Positions 1 to 12,638 of a DNA stretch of 64,000 nucleotides are shown in pieces. The position numbers and the translations under genes are program-made. This DNA comes from Euglena gracilis (lineage: Eukaryota), in assembly GCA_039621445.1 (NCBI GenBank), contig CP154954.1:46293847-46357846 (forward strand), in the 5' to 3' direction. Every line of letters starts with the position of its first letter. Within the stretch, counting starts at the first letter, position 1. Under the pieces are notes generated by a model. That model did no database searches, was not told the DNA's origin, and saw nothing but the letters and a program-made list of their open reading frames with translations.

Positions 1-841
1 ATTTTGTCGTTCATTCATTCAGGGCCTTGCAAACAGAGTTTCAGGTGAATGTCCTCTTTCAATCGGTGACTGACGTGGTCCAGGCGGGTCCCACCTGACG
101 GCTGCCCAAAGAATACTGTACGCGGGTTGCCAATTGCAATTACTTCTTCGTTCATCTCAGGCAGGTATCCACCTGCACAAAATAATTCATTTGTCACTGC
201 CAGCGGTCTCACCCTCTTTAAAGTTTTAGGGGGATACCGCCCCCCCCCCCCATCCTCCCTGGGAGACTGTCACCTAAAATCCGTACTTGCTGACCTGTCA
301 CTCTTGGGACCTGTCACCTACCTCTGTGCTCGCTGACCTGTCACCCAAAGTTTTGACGTTTTCTTGCAGAAAATGGATTTTTTTGAAGGTGAAAATTAGT
401 GGACCTCATTTTTAGAATTTTGCCCACAGAATTCAAAAACCTCGTTTTCTTTGGATTTTTTTTTGGTCACTGGGGGGGGGGGGGTCGAAAGATTCACCCT
501 TTTTCCTCTAACCCGGACCCTTGGGGACATGTCACCTACTTCTGTGCTTGCTGACTTGACAGGTGACAGTTTCCCCGGTTTGATGAAGATAGATGGACAG
601 AATTCTGCTGGCTGAACACAACACAACTGCATAACATTTGCAATGGCCCATAACACAAAACCCACATACCCTCCAACCAAAGAAAAGACAGCAACTCAAA
701 ATTGAAAGACTGTTGTGTTGAACAAAAAAATATACAGTGCACACTGCCAAAAAGCAGCGCAATCATTGAAAAGGGTCAGGCGACGGCGATCAACGGTGCA
801 GCAGACAACTGGGCAGTGACTGCAGCGGCCCAGCACACATA

Positions 842-3800
842 TCAGTGCGGGTCGGCCGACGGTCTTGCGGTGGAGGCGTCTGTCGAGGTCTGAGCGTACG
901 CCAGGGCAGAGGTGGCGAGTGCCTGCAGCCACGCAACGCGCCGCTTGGGGTCCAGGAGGTAGAACTCGGCCTGCTGCACGACCAGGGTGCCGTGGCTCTC
1001 ATGGCGGCGGACCATTGCCCAAGGCATGAAGACCCACCTGGGGGGCAGGGTCGGAATAGCGGGTTTCCTCAAATGTGGCAGAAAGCTAAAAAACTGGCCA
1101 TGGGGTTCAAAGCATCCAAAGATCAAAGCTCCCCAACTCTGAAAGGGGAAGGCCTGAAGTGAATTCCGAATTGAATAGTCCGGGGTCTGTGAGAAAACTG
1201 ACTGAACCGAAGGCTCCACCAGAAACCATCCACAAGCCACAATCGAGTCATCCCCAAATGCGTTGCCAATCCTGAAGCAACCGTCTGTGCGGAACGCCCT
1301 CACGAGGGGATCGTCTGCGGCGGTGAACCGGGTCAGCGGCCACAGCGCGACGCAGGCACTGCGGTGACCCAAGGGGAGGGAACGTAACGTGGACCCTCAA
1401 AAAAATACACAACACAAAAAAAAAGCAAAAACAGCAGCAAAAAAACGCAAAAAAAACGCAAAAAAAACCCACAAGTCTCATGCAAAATCCTTCAAAGCTC
1501 CCCGGGATGCACACTTTTCCACTGGGGAGGACTGGAAATTTTTTCATTTTGCTCAAAAATGAGCATTTTGTTGCAAAAATGCAAAAAAAACGACGAAAAA
1601 TTGACATAATCTTTGGTCTCGGGGGAAATCGGGGCCAAAACGAGGAAATTCTCACAGTCCAAAAAAGCATTCGCAAAAATAAAAATATCGCTGGGGGAAA
1701 AAGGCACAAAAAAAGGAGCAAAAACAAAATTTCGCCAAAATCGAAAATACACAAAAAAAACGCGTTTGCGTTTCTCCCCCTCCTGCGTGACCCTCCTCCC
1801 CCCGGTTCCGACGACTCCTCGGCCTTGGCACACCCCCCCCCCTCCCCGGCTCCTCTGACCCCTCTATGGCCTTGGCACCAACTCCCCCCCCCAACCCCGG
1901 CGTCGGGCTGGCTGCGTGCCGGAAGTCGGGCGAGGGGACCTCGCCGGCCCCTCGAGCGGCCTTGACCTCCAGCCGGCGGAGGGCGAAGAGGCAGTCCACC
2001 TCCTCGCCCAGCACCGGCACCTCCGCGGCGAGGGGCTCCGCCTGCTCCCTGGCAGACCCCACTGCAACCTCTGTGGCCCCTCTCCAACAGAGGGCCTTCT
2101 GGAGACAGAGTTGGCCGCAATGAACAGATGGGCATCAAACCCAGCAGAGAGCACACCTCCTTAGAAGCAACAAACGTCGTTGTGGATGCCCTTTGGAGAC
2201 AACTTTGTGGAAATGTCAAGAACTTCAACAAGAATGCCAAAAATAAATAAACTGCCCACAATGGCTTGCACTCAAGTCAGACAATGGTGCAAATAGATCA
2301 TGCGCATTGGTGTGTGATGGTGTCTTTGGAGTTGCGTGTCGCCTTGTGTGTGCGTGCATCGCAGAAATCTCCACAGAGCCCACGAAACATGAATGCACAC
2401 AATAGTACAATCAATACATACAAACACACAAAAATGCACAAAAATGCACAAAAATGCACACACTTACGTGCTGTAAACACCACACACTTCAGGAGAGTCT
2501 GTTCAGGGTGCAGAATCCCAAGCCACATGGAGCCCACCGGCAGGCCGTAGTTCTGCACCACACCATTGCCCGTCAGATCGGGGGAATTGAGTGGCCAGCC
2601 AGCAAACCAGTCAACCGTCAAAAAGGCCAGAGGCGGGGGGGGGGGGCAATGGTGTGGTTTGGGTCAGTAGCCGGGCGTAAATGTTGAGCTGCAGGGAGTA
2701 CTGCAGAGCGGAGCAGTGGGGAGAGGGCCCGGCCGGGACCCCCAACCCATGCCCTCATACATGACGGATCGCTTCCGCTGCCCGGGGGACCAGGGGTGGG
2801 GGAAATAGCTACAAGAACATGCATGGCCCTGGGCTCGGCAGGTGTCGCAGCGGCCACAGACCGCCCGCCGAGTCGGCCGAAAGACCGCCTGTGCTGGGGG
2901 TTCCTCAGCACCAGAAATGTGGTGGTCATGTGAAGGCACTGCATCCGACCGAAACCCACTGAGCACCAACAGAAACCAACGATTTGTGAGAGCCACAAAG
3001 GGAGGCGTTGGACAGCCGTGACCGGTGCCTGAAACTTTGGGATGGGGAAGAGGATCGTGAACCCCGCAAGAAATTATATACATATATACGTATACATATA
3101 TACATATATTGTATATGTGGGGCGATTCTACTTTTTGGGTCCGTTGCTGGAAATCCCAAATTGGGAGGGTCTAAATTGGGGGGGGGTCGCCAAAGACACC
3201 ACGCTGGCCAGCCAGCCAAAAGTCAGGATTCCTAGACAAACGCAAGGCAGTCCTTGCACGGGGGAAAGCTTGACAGAGGCGTCGAAGTCCTTGGCTCGCT
3301 TCCAGTCAAAGATGGAATCGGCTGGGGCCAAACAACATAATATAAAAAAAAACGACGGAACCTGCTTGCTGGAAAGTGTCGGCCGGCAAAAGACCCGGGC
3401 CGAGCGTGGTACACGCCGCTGTCGTCGACCCCGACGAAGTCCACGGAGCCCGCCAGGTCCAGCTCCTCATCGAACACGACCATCTCCGTGCGGTACGGCC
3501 GGATGCCGCGGGGCACCAGCACCGCGTCGAACAGCTGCCGGAACAGTGCCACCTCCCGCAGCTCTTTGGGGGGCAGGCGGCGCCCCAGTTGAGCTCCGAG
3601 CAGACATCCCTCCGGGGCTTTTCAAAAAAACGTGATCGGAACCCAAAATCCCATGCGTGATTTTATGTGGCTTTATGTGACTTTACGTGACTTTACGTGA
3701 TTTTACGTGATTTTAAGAAAAGCGAAGAAAATTGTACTACTTTGATGCCAATATGTCACTTTCAGAGCATATGCCATCATCTCCAACTTGGAAAGCAGAA

Positions 3801-5279
3801 AGAAGCCACAATGCATAGACATCAGAGTGGTGCTGGCAGTTGAGTGCAAGTGCGGATCAGCACAGACACGTGTGACGTGTGGAACGCAGAGTGTTGGGGC
3901 GATTATGGTTGCTAGCTGTACTCTTTTCTCTGTAATCGATGGGGACGTTGCATACACCACACCACATTGCATTGCCACGAACTTCCGTAACTGGAAAAAA
4001 AAACTGGAAATTGAGCAGCTCGGCTGTTCGGCGTCGCCTTTGAACCGCGATTCCATTTTCGCTGCACTTTTCCTTTACTTGAGTTATTCCTTGGTTTAGC
4101 ATCACCACTATCAGACCCAGACATTCAATCTGAAAAGGAGAAAAAAGAAGACAACCCACCAAATAAAGAAAGAAGGAGTAGGACGAGGAGAAGGAGCAAT
4201 GATTTTGGTGTTGAGAAACACCGATGTTGCTGAGCTCTGGAAATCCAACAAACCTGAGGTGGGCGGAAAGGAACACCTGCGAGATTTACGTGATTTTGGG
4301 GGGAAAAATTCTGACAAAATTTATATACGTGATTTTACGTGATTTTACATGATTTACGTGATTTTTGAAAAAATGGATTTCCATGATCATACGTGCTTTT
4401 ACGTGGTTTTACGTGCCACATTTTTATGAAAAACCCTGCATCCCTCAGGCAGGCGTGGGAACGGGGATGAATTGCCTGCAAGGTCTTGATTCTCAGCAAT
4501 GCATCATCGCACTTCTCGCATTCCTCAGTTAAAGCGCAACCTTGAGATTCACGAAAGGGTCAAAATATTTTTCAGGCCAGGAACAGGGCGAACCAAGGAC
4601 CACCCTGAGGGGTCAGCTCAGAGGCCGGAAAATTTGGGCGGGTTGGAAAAAGGCTGCTGGCTGACCCCCCCATGGGGTCCCAGGGGTGGAACTAGGCCTG
4701 ACCAAGGTGGAACTGGATGCTAAAAAAAAAAAATCGAAACTGCAAAAATGTCGATGCCTGACGGCCCTTGGACGGCCCTTGGAAAATAGAACCTCAAAAA
4801 ACCTTAAAAAAGCCTTTCCAAAAAAATTAAATACTAAATACTTAAATATTAAATATTAAATATTAAATATTAAATAAATATTAAATATTTAATATTAAAT
4901 ACTTCAAAAATCGAAATTTTTGCCTAAAAATGTCTGCATTGAGGTTAGGCTGGAAAACACATATTATCAATGCCACAGGTGAAATTGGTGGGGTGGGGTG
5001 TCTGTGGCGCAAGCAGGCCTTTGGAACCTTCCCTGGCATTTCTGACCCCAGCAACAGTCGGCCCTGACTCCAGCGCTGCCTGGCGCGGGGGGCAGGCCGT
5101 TCAGCAGCCGCTCCAGGTGGTGGTGCATCCACGTCCCCTTGGTGCGGGCGTCCAGCGAGTTGGCGTCCCACATCGCCTTGATCTGCTCCTTGGTGTAGCC
5201 CCCGGCGGGCCCCCATCGTCAGGGTGCACTGAGGTGGCCACGCTGCAGCGATGCCACCCATATGCTTACCAGTGGCAGA

Positions 5280-5340
<61 letters not shown>

Positions 5341-8300
5341 TGGCCCTTCTGGGGGGGCCCGGGCACGACCCGTCTCGGCATCGGTGTACTTCTCCGGGGG
5401 CCACTGCCGGCGTCGCATCATCCGGTTGATGATATCATCCGCGTTGAAGGGCGGGAAGCACTGGTGGACCAGCTGCGTGCAGGAGCACGACGCCTGCGTC
5501 GCGGCGGGGCTGGCGTGGGGATGAGACATTTGCCTGCCTTGGAGCATCTCACACAAACGTCAATTGGCCCCTCGACGACTCCATAGCTTCACGGGGCCAC
5601 GGTCAAGTCCCCGTGAACCAAGCAAAATGAATATGAATACTCCCCTTAAATAATAACCCCCCGGATTTATAATTGGATTCTCGAAGTCGAGGTCCAGGGA
5701 GTTCATTATTTGGGATAGTTTATTATTTGGGAAAAAAACTTTTAAAGTCAAAAGTCGACCCAAAAGTGCCTCACCAAGGTCACCTTTTTTTGGCACTTTA
5801 GGGCTTTTTTGAACAGCCGATGTTCTTTTTTTTGACATTCTTTCTGAACCAATTTCGTCCAATTCTCAGATTTTGGCAATGTTTCTGCTATTTTATCTCT
5901 TGTTTTCCTTGCCTTCAGGACTGTCGGGGGATTATGGGCAGCCGAAGTCGGTCATCGGGGGGTTAATTATTTGGGGGGCGTATTTGGGGGAATTGAAATG
6001 TCTGTACAATCGGTTTTAACTGCTGCAAGCTGCATCGGTTTTGAGTGCTGCAAGTTGCATCTGAATGCAGCTGGCAAGCAACCTCCGACCAAAAAATGAA
6101 CAGTGAAATGCCCGCACCCCGCCAACTGGCAAAGCAGATGGGGACAACCACAAGAATTGCCTTTCTCAAATGCCCACCTCAGCTCAGTACTAGTGGGTCC
6201 TTCCCCAGGGGATCCCACTAGTTTGATGGGGGTTTGGTTGCTGTTGTATGGCGCACGAAGGTGGGGAGGGGTGGACCCCCCACCAGGCTGTTTTTTTACC
6301 AACCCCAGGGGAGGGGGGGGTCGGAGTGCCTTTGAGTGCCTGCCCAGGCAGGCACTACCCCCCGGGGGGGGGGGGTCGGATTTCGGCCTGTACCCAGGCA
6401 CATTGAAAATAGGCCATTTTGGCTCCCTGGCGTCTTCGGCGACAGGGTCTGTCCTAGGGCACTTTTGGCTGTGTGCCCTACCCCCCGGGGGGGTCGGATC
6501 GGGAGTGCCTTGGAGTGCCCGCCCAGGCAGGCACCCCCCCCCCCGGGGTGGGGTCGGCACCCGACTGAAAAACAGCCTGCCCCCCACCCGGGAGGTGGGG
6601 GGGGGGGTTCACCCCCACCCACCACAGCGCCTGCTCAAAAAAAACTTTGACCAAAAATCTGCCTCCGGAAATACGGGGAAGTCCTGGTGGGGGGGTCGGC
6701 CCCCAGGGGGGGAGGGGTGGGTGGTCGACCCCCTCCCACCACCCATAGGGTTGCGGGGATTCCTGAACAGCCCCGCGCCGCACCCAACTCTTGGCTGTCT
6801 CGAAATCACCCCAATTCCCCGCTTTTTAGGCGGTTTTACAGGAGCAAAGTGGGATAATGATAGGGAGATTTTGGCAGAAATCTAGGCCTACAGTCCGCAC
6901 ATTAGGCCTGATTTTAGGCCATTTTTTTTAGATTCCGCCGAACGTCTAAAGGAAAAACTAACCCAAAACCCCATTCCCAAACCCTAACTCGAATCCCTCG
7001 TACCAGTGGGATGGGGGCCCACTGGTATGACGGGATGACGCCCCACATCGTACAAATGGTACGGCTGAGTGATTCTGGCCTCTCTTCCCTCCAACCCCGC
7101 AATCCCTCCGGGAAGTTTGGGTCGTTTCTGCTGTGTGTGTGGAGGAGAGTTTCCTACATCCATTAACCAAATCTTTTGAAGATATTCCTTGCCCTCCCCA
7201 TAAAAATCCCACCCAGGATTGCAACCAACTTTAAAATAAAATACCTCAAAAATATATTTCCTCTCCGAAAAAATTTTTTACCGGACGTCTTCTTATGCTT
7301 GTTGCAACTCCATATCCTCATCGGATGCAATGTTCAAGGGAATGAATGGTTTTCACAAGGAACTCAGCACCTTTCATAACGAGCCTGGAAATAAAATGAT
7401 GTGGGGACAACAACATTGGGCATTGGACAACAACGCCGTTGGGAAACCGAAGGGAGCGAGCCCACTGGCTGTAGCACACACAGCCCGGCATGTCCCCAGA
7501 GGCAGACCGGTAGTGATACGTGTGCGTTGGGGCATCGGGCCAGGGCAGGGCACCAGAGAGGACGTGCAAATCCAACGATCGCATGGAGAGCAGCGTGGCA
7601 GGACAGGCAAGCGCACTGGGAACTGCCAGAACGGCGGCCTCCAAATTGAGATCATGATTGGTAATCCAAAACAGAAACGGAACACTTCCCATCAAAACAC
7701 CGGGCCACACAGTATTGAGCGGGGGATGGGGAATGCGGCGGGGCCAAACCCGGATTGAAAACGACGAGGTCGTCGCGAGGATGCGGATGGGCGATCTTCA
7801 GTGACATTTCCTCCGGCCTGAGCGCTGTGGGCTCAAGTTCATCGCCTCCAGGCTTGCCCTGAGCCTCCCTGTTACCTGGTTACCTTGGGACCTTCAACGT
7901 CCAAAGTTTTTGAGAGCGCGTCCGTTGTAATCCTCTGCAATGGCATTACAAAAAAAAAGAAAAGAAAAAAGCACTGAAGCTGCAGCTCGTTTTCCAAGTA
8001 TCCCTCCAGCCTGCCCCAGGGGGTTGTTCATGTTGTGGAGCATCCGATCATTTCACTCCAGCGCATGTTTCGGTTGACAAAAACAAACAAACAAACAAGA
8101 ACCCTTCTGTGGATCAGCAGAGCACTTTTTTGGGGGTGGCTTCGGTGCGCAGTTGATTGTTCATTGTGTGCTTGGCCCAAACAGGCCATTGGACAGACTG
8201 TGGCCACTTGCATATGTTTTTTTGAAAAGGCTGCTAAACGTTTGCAAAGCTTGTGGCGTGATGACTGCACACTTCTTTCTTTTGAAGAGAAAGTCCCAAG

Positions 8301-10976
8301 CAGGAGTTTGTGTGCCATGGGTTGTTTGACCAAAGGAAACCCACGCACAGGGACGCGCACGCACAGAGACCCCGACCCACAGACACGGACGCCACAGGGC
8401 AAGGCTGGGTCCACCACTGCAGCCTGCAGCCCCAACCACTTCCGGGCACCAGCCTTCATCGCCAGGGCGGCGGATGAGCCCACGGCGATGCCTGCAGGCT
8501 GTGTTGGCTTCTTAACCATTGGGCTGGGAGGGTGGTGTTGGCGGGGGTGGTGCTTTCAAAGCCAATCAATAACCTTCTCGCCATGAGTCACTTATCCCGC
8601 GTGGGAACACACATCATTCCTGCGAACGGTGAATACCTTGGCCCTTCTTCGGAGCAAAAAAAAATGTAGCGCTTTGAGCGAAGATAAATTAAGGGAAACT
8701 GCGCATATTTTTAGCGGGAGGGGGAAAAAGGACTGCAAAAAACAACAACAGCCGGTGAAAAACAAAATTACAGATACATACATGTATATACACATGTGTA
8801 ATATGAAGTGTGTATTGCATTATTTTATTGTATTATTTTATTGTATAGATACACTGCATGGCGCGATTCTAGAGGGGGAAAACAGCCTGGCTTGCAGAGG
8901 CCCAGAGGGACCACCATTGCCCACCCTGCAGGGGAGAGGCACGGTGCCCCAAGGGCCCAAAATGCGCGTGCCAAGGATCAGGAGGGGTGGCATTATGCAG
9001 AAGCAGTAAACACCACCGCCCCCCCCCACCCCGAGAACCACAGACAGTGAAGGCAGAGAAAAGAAGGAAAATCACAAGGAAGTGCGGGAAGATTACGGAA
9101 ATGGATCCGATGTACCGAAGCAGATCCCCTTGCTCAAGGCACACCGTGTCGTTGACACACACACAGGCACACACACACACACACACACACAGGCACACAC
9201 ACACACACACACACCATGTCAACGACACGTTCTCCGAACATTGGCATGCCTTGGACAAGGGAGGGGGAGGTACAAAAACCCTAAACTGCTAAAACGGGAG
9301 CCAGTTGAAAAATACTATTTGGGTCAACTTTGGACTTTGGAATAAAAATGACCCCCCCTTTGAAGACCTATTTGGCCACCCGAATGTTAAACTGGGGAGG
9401 TTTGAACCTTTGGTGGGGTTCAGGCTGTGTATTTACCAACCCTGGGGGGAGGGGGGGTCTGGAGTGCCCTTGAGTGCCTGCTCAGGCAGGCACTACCCCC
9501 TCAGGGGGGTCGGATTTCAGCCTGTGCCCAGGAACTTTCCTCAGAAAATAGGCCATTTTCCTTGAAAATAGGCCTTTTTTGAGCCTTCCGGCGCCTTCGG
9601 CGCCAAAGTGCCTGCTAGGCACTTTTGGCCAAGTGCCCCCCCCCCGGGGGTCGGATTTGAAGTGCCTTGGCGTGCCCAGGCAGGCACCCCCCCGGGGTGG
9701 GGCAGGGTTTGATATAAGGACAGGTTTGGGGGGTGGTCCGGACCCCCCCTGCGGGCCAGGAGGGGGGGGGGGGGGGGGGGACACCCCCCCACCTAAACCA
9801 TGTACGCCCTCCTTATATCAAACCCTGGGGTGGGGTTGGCACAACTAAAATACAGCCTGGTGGGGTTGAAGGGGTACACCCAGCGAAGGGGCAGGATGGG
9901 TGGGGCCAACTGGCTGGATGCCAGGTGGGCAAAAGCAAAATATGGACACAAATCAGAGGATTGTTAAAGGATTCCTGGGGGGATGGGGAAAAATGTGCTG
10001 GCTTCGGACCAGGAAAATCATCCAAATCCAGCTGGGTTGTTCTGTTGGGTATATTCAACCAAAACTTTGAGGTCCTCGAAAGTCCTCGCTGCAAATAGGT
10101 TGACTTCAACGCCAGGTTCGGATCCCCTCCACCCACCGGCCAATACCGGACCCTCAGCCCACCGGGTGCCCCGCCTTCCCGCCCATGTCAGCGCGGGGGG
10201 GGGGGGGGACACGCCTGCCGGGGCCCCTCCGCCAGCTGCGCCTTCGCCCGGCCCGCCCGCCGCGGCGTCGCCCGCCGGGGGGCACGCGGCAGGGGCCGGG
10301 GCCCCGGCGGCCGCGCAGCCCCGGCGGCGGGACCGCCCCGCCGCCGGCCACGCGACCGCGGCCGCGGAGCGCGCACGCACGAAGAGGGAGGCGGGGGAGG
10401 CGGCGGCCCGCCACGCCGCCACGGCCGCCAGCGCCGCCACGCCCGCCGCGACGCCCCACAGCGGGGCCCGCCGGGAGGGGGGCTGGCGAGGCAGCCGCCG
10501 CCAGAGAGAGCTCGGGGGGGGGGCATGGGGACCGTCAGGGCAGTACGGGAAGGCCTGGGGGGGGGGGGTCGACACTTTCACAGGTTTATTAATAACAAAT
10601 CCACCCGGCGCCAGAGGCGCCAGGAAATTTTTTTGGGGTCGAAAGCTGGTGCTCCCAGAAATACGAGAGGTGGTGGGGGGTGGTTGACCCCCCCCACCCA
10701 CCACCCTGGCTGTTTGGCCGATTCCCGTACTGCCGTGGGGGGGGGGGGGGCATGGGGACCGTTGCGGGGAGGGTTGCCCTGTCCTGCACCTCAAAAAGCG
10801 TCCGCGACCCAAAGGAATGTCAAAATGCCTTCACATGGTGAGACAACATGCGGATTCCAATCAACCCGTGGTCAACCCCCAAGCCAGCTGGTGCTCAGCA
10901 CTGGGTGCCCCTGCCGGTGGGGCGCGGTGGAGAGCGGCGGTGAGAGAGCGGCAGGGGGGTCGTCCGGCCTGGACAT
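842..10976 (-). CDS. Multi-exon PD-(D/E)XK superfamily nuclease gene with probable N-terminal plastid-targeting presequence
   Basis: Exon pieces in order: HPHPRDDLVVF (~7756-7807), PTHTYHY (~7500-7535), SCTQLVHQCFPPFNADDII..WPPEKY (5365-~5500), GYTKEQIKAMW..GTWMHHHLE (5087-5200), RTEMVVFDEELDLAGSVD (3406-3567), IFDWKR (from 3313), PLRHLP (to 2835), YSLQLNIY (2660-2717), NYG..LHP (2505-2553), EVDCLF (from 2047). Catalytic E..D..DWK and QLxxY pattern. N-terminal exons (~10915-10976, ~10210-10495, ~8893-8926, ~8380-8489) and C-terminal exons (~1285-1357, 842-~991) are less certain. Confidence 0.75.
2048..2504 (-). other. Nonconventional intron
   Basis: CCT|GAA-CAGACTC...GGGTCTG-CCAGG|GAG; joins LHP|EQA. 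Confidence 0.78.
2554..2659 (-). other. Nonconventional intron, 15-bp perfect stem
   Basis: ACCACACCATTGCCC / GGGCAATGGTGTGGT; joins ARLLT-Q-NYG. Confidence 0.75.
3314..3405 (-). other. Nonconventional intron
   Basis: CAC|GCT-CGGC...GCCG-ATTCC|ATC; joins VYH|IFDWK. Confidence 0.78.
3406..3567 (-). CDS. Nuclease core exon (KELREVALF...RTEMVVFDEELDLAGSVDF...YH)
   Basis: PD-(D/E)XK core motifs; flanked by stem-ended introns; joins in frame to IFDWKR. Confidence 0.82.
3613..4438. mobile_element. Non-autonomous hAT-type element with zinc-finger relic
   Basis: TIR C(G/A)GGG(C/T)TTTTCA, TSD catccctc x2, subterminal TTTTACGTGA arrays, minus-strand WCGVCNVPID..KST...H. Confidence 0.78.
5087..5200 (-). 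CDS. Nuclease exon (GYTKEQIKAMW...GTWMHHHLERLLNGLPP)
   Basis: GTxxHxxLE motif of RecB-like nucleases. Confidence 0.8.
5201..5364 (-). other. Nonconventional intron containing a (CA)n tract
   Basis: CGT|GCC-CGGGCCCCC...GGGGGCCCG-CCGGG|GGC, 9-bp stem. Confidence 0.8.
5284..5336. repeat. (CA)n microsatellite
   Basis: Directly visible. Confidence 0.95.
5640..5980. mobile_element. Tc1/mariner-type MITE
   Basis: TA flanks, imperfect TIR C.CCCC..AAATAAT.AACCCCCC. Confidence 0.55.
6284..6579. mobile_element. hAT-type MITE
   Basis: TIR CAGGCTGTTTTT, 8-bp TSD ccccccac. Confidence 0.8.
8490..8892 (-). other. Nonconventional intron with MITE-like ends
   Basis: GCA|AGC-CAGGCTGT...ACAGCCTG-CAGGC|ATC; joins WSLWASA|IAVGSSAALAM. 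Confidence 0.68.
9421..9859. mobile_element. hAT-type MITE (same family as 6284-6579) with nested MITE
   Basis: TIR CAGGCTGT, TSD gtggggtt. Confidence 0.8.
9703..9827. mobile_element. Nested hAT-type MITE
   Basis: TIR CAGGGTTTGATATAAGGA, TSD gggtgggg. Confidence 0.82.
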
Positions 10977-10984
10977 CGGGCGGG

Positions 10985-11000
10985 CTGTGGGGGGGAGGAA
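10985..11000 (-). promoter_or_regulatory. Putative spliced-leader trans-splice acceptor
   Basis: ttcctcccccccacAG 8 nt before ATG 10976. Confidence 0.45.
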
Positions 11001-12490
11001 GCAACGCTCCGTGGAGGGTTCAAGCTTCAACGCCGTGGATGCAGAACACAACGCACTCTGCCCTCTGCCCATTCTCTTTCACATGCAAAGGGAGGGGTTC
11101 ATTCTGGTTCTTCTCAGCCTGCACCGCTTATTTTTTTGATTATTTGGATTTTGCAATGGCCTGGAAACGACCTTTCAAGGAAGCAAAACCCAGTCTGTCA
11201 TGCCAAAACAACCCTGCACAAGGTTCCACATGGTACCACGATGTGGGGTGCGTCGTTGCAAATTATATCCTGGGGGGAAATCAACTTTGTCCATAAGCGC
11301 GAACGAAATCGCCTATTGGAGAATGTGGGGCTGTCATCTTTGATGGGAACGTTGCTGCTGCAAAGTTTCTTCTGCCAAAGCACCAACAATGCTTGTTCCT
11401 CAACAGGCGGGATATGAAACAACAGCAGCCCTGAAATCGCAGAAAGGGAACTCAATGCTCATAGGGGTGTAGCTTTGATACCCCCCCCCGGTGGGGGTCC
11501 AGCTCAGAGACTGGAAGATTTGGGTTGGTTGGAAAAAGGCTGTTGGCTGGACCCCCCATGAGGTCCCTTAGCTGGAAGTGGATCCAATTGGGGGGGGGGG
11601 GTGGTGCCAAAACCCAAAACTGCAAAAATGCCCAAAAATTCACATGTAATTGTAATCCAAAAGGTCTTGGAATCCCTTCAGCATACAGCAACAAAGGTGA
11701 GCCCAAAGATATCACTCAGAGAGCTTGAGCCAAGACGACGACCCGGCAATGATTTCACACTGCCAGAACTTATACTTTCCCATCAACGTGGCATCATTGT
11801 GGTTAGGCAGGAGGTTGAAAAGATGGGGGGGGAGGAGGTGGCATCGAGGAGCAGGCGCCGATCTGTCACGAGGTAACAGGACTGGCACAGCGTGGGGCAC
11901 GTAGAAGGGGGGGGACAACAGGAGTGGGGGCCACAGCAGGCAAGGGAGGCCCCTCGGTGTGGCACCTTGCGACCCTTTCCGCGCGGTTTGGCCGCCTGGG
12001 CTGAGGCCCCCTCGCGGCAGTCTACAACGACCTTTCTGTCGGCGGTGCTGCGGGCGACCGATGGCGCGGCCCACCGATGGACCAACAGGCGGTGGGTCAC
12101 GCGATGAATGATGACGTCAGTTCGGGGGTCAGGGCGGGGGGGGGGGGGTCAGGAGCCTCGGAGGATGCATGGATAAGATAGAAACGGCGCTGATAAGGGC
12201 CCGGGAGGGCCTTGCATGTTGAACCGAGCCGACCCAGATGGCCAGCACCCAACCATCCTGCTGGACCGCGTTGGACCAGGATTTCAGCAAGCACCTGTCA
12301 TGCCATGAGCGACGTTACTGCGGATCACAGCACTGGGCAAATAGTACATGGGAGCTGCCTCGACGAAAGCCTGTCAACATGTATCACACACACAGCAAAA
12401 AAAACCTGAAAGCAAGCAGAGAGGGGGGAGGGAGGGAGGGGGGAGGGCCCTTCCTCAACGCCATCCCGTCAGAGGGGGGCGAGGGGCCGG

Positions 12491-12638
12491 CTACGTCAGC
12501 TTGAAGTCCCGGAGCTCGGAGAGGGTGTCCGCGGCCTGCTGCAGGCACGACAGCATCTTCTTGGCCGCCTGGCGCTTCTTGGCCACCTCCTCGCTCTCCG
12601 CCAGCAGCTCTTCGAAGAGGGCCTCCCGGTAGAACGTC
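12491..12638 (-). CDS. Dynamin-related last exon ([22 protein letters not shown]...FKLT*)
   Basis: GED C-terminus, TAG stop at 12491-12493. Confidence 0.88.

Noticed and set aside
9983-10687. Plus-strand Ala/Pro-rich 234-aa ORF
   Set aside because: Better explained as the antisense shadow of a GC-rich minus-strand presequence exon.
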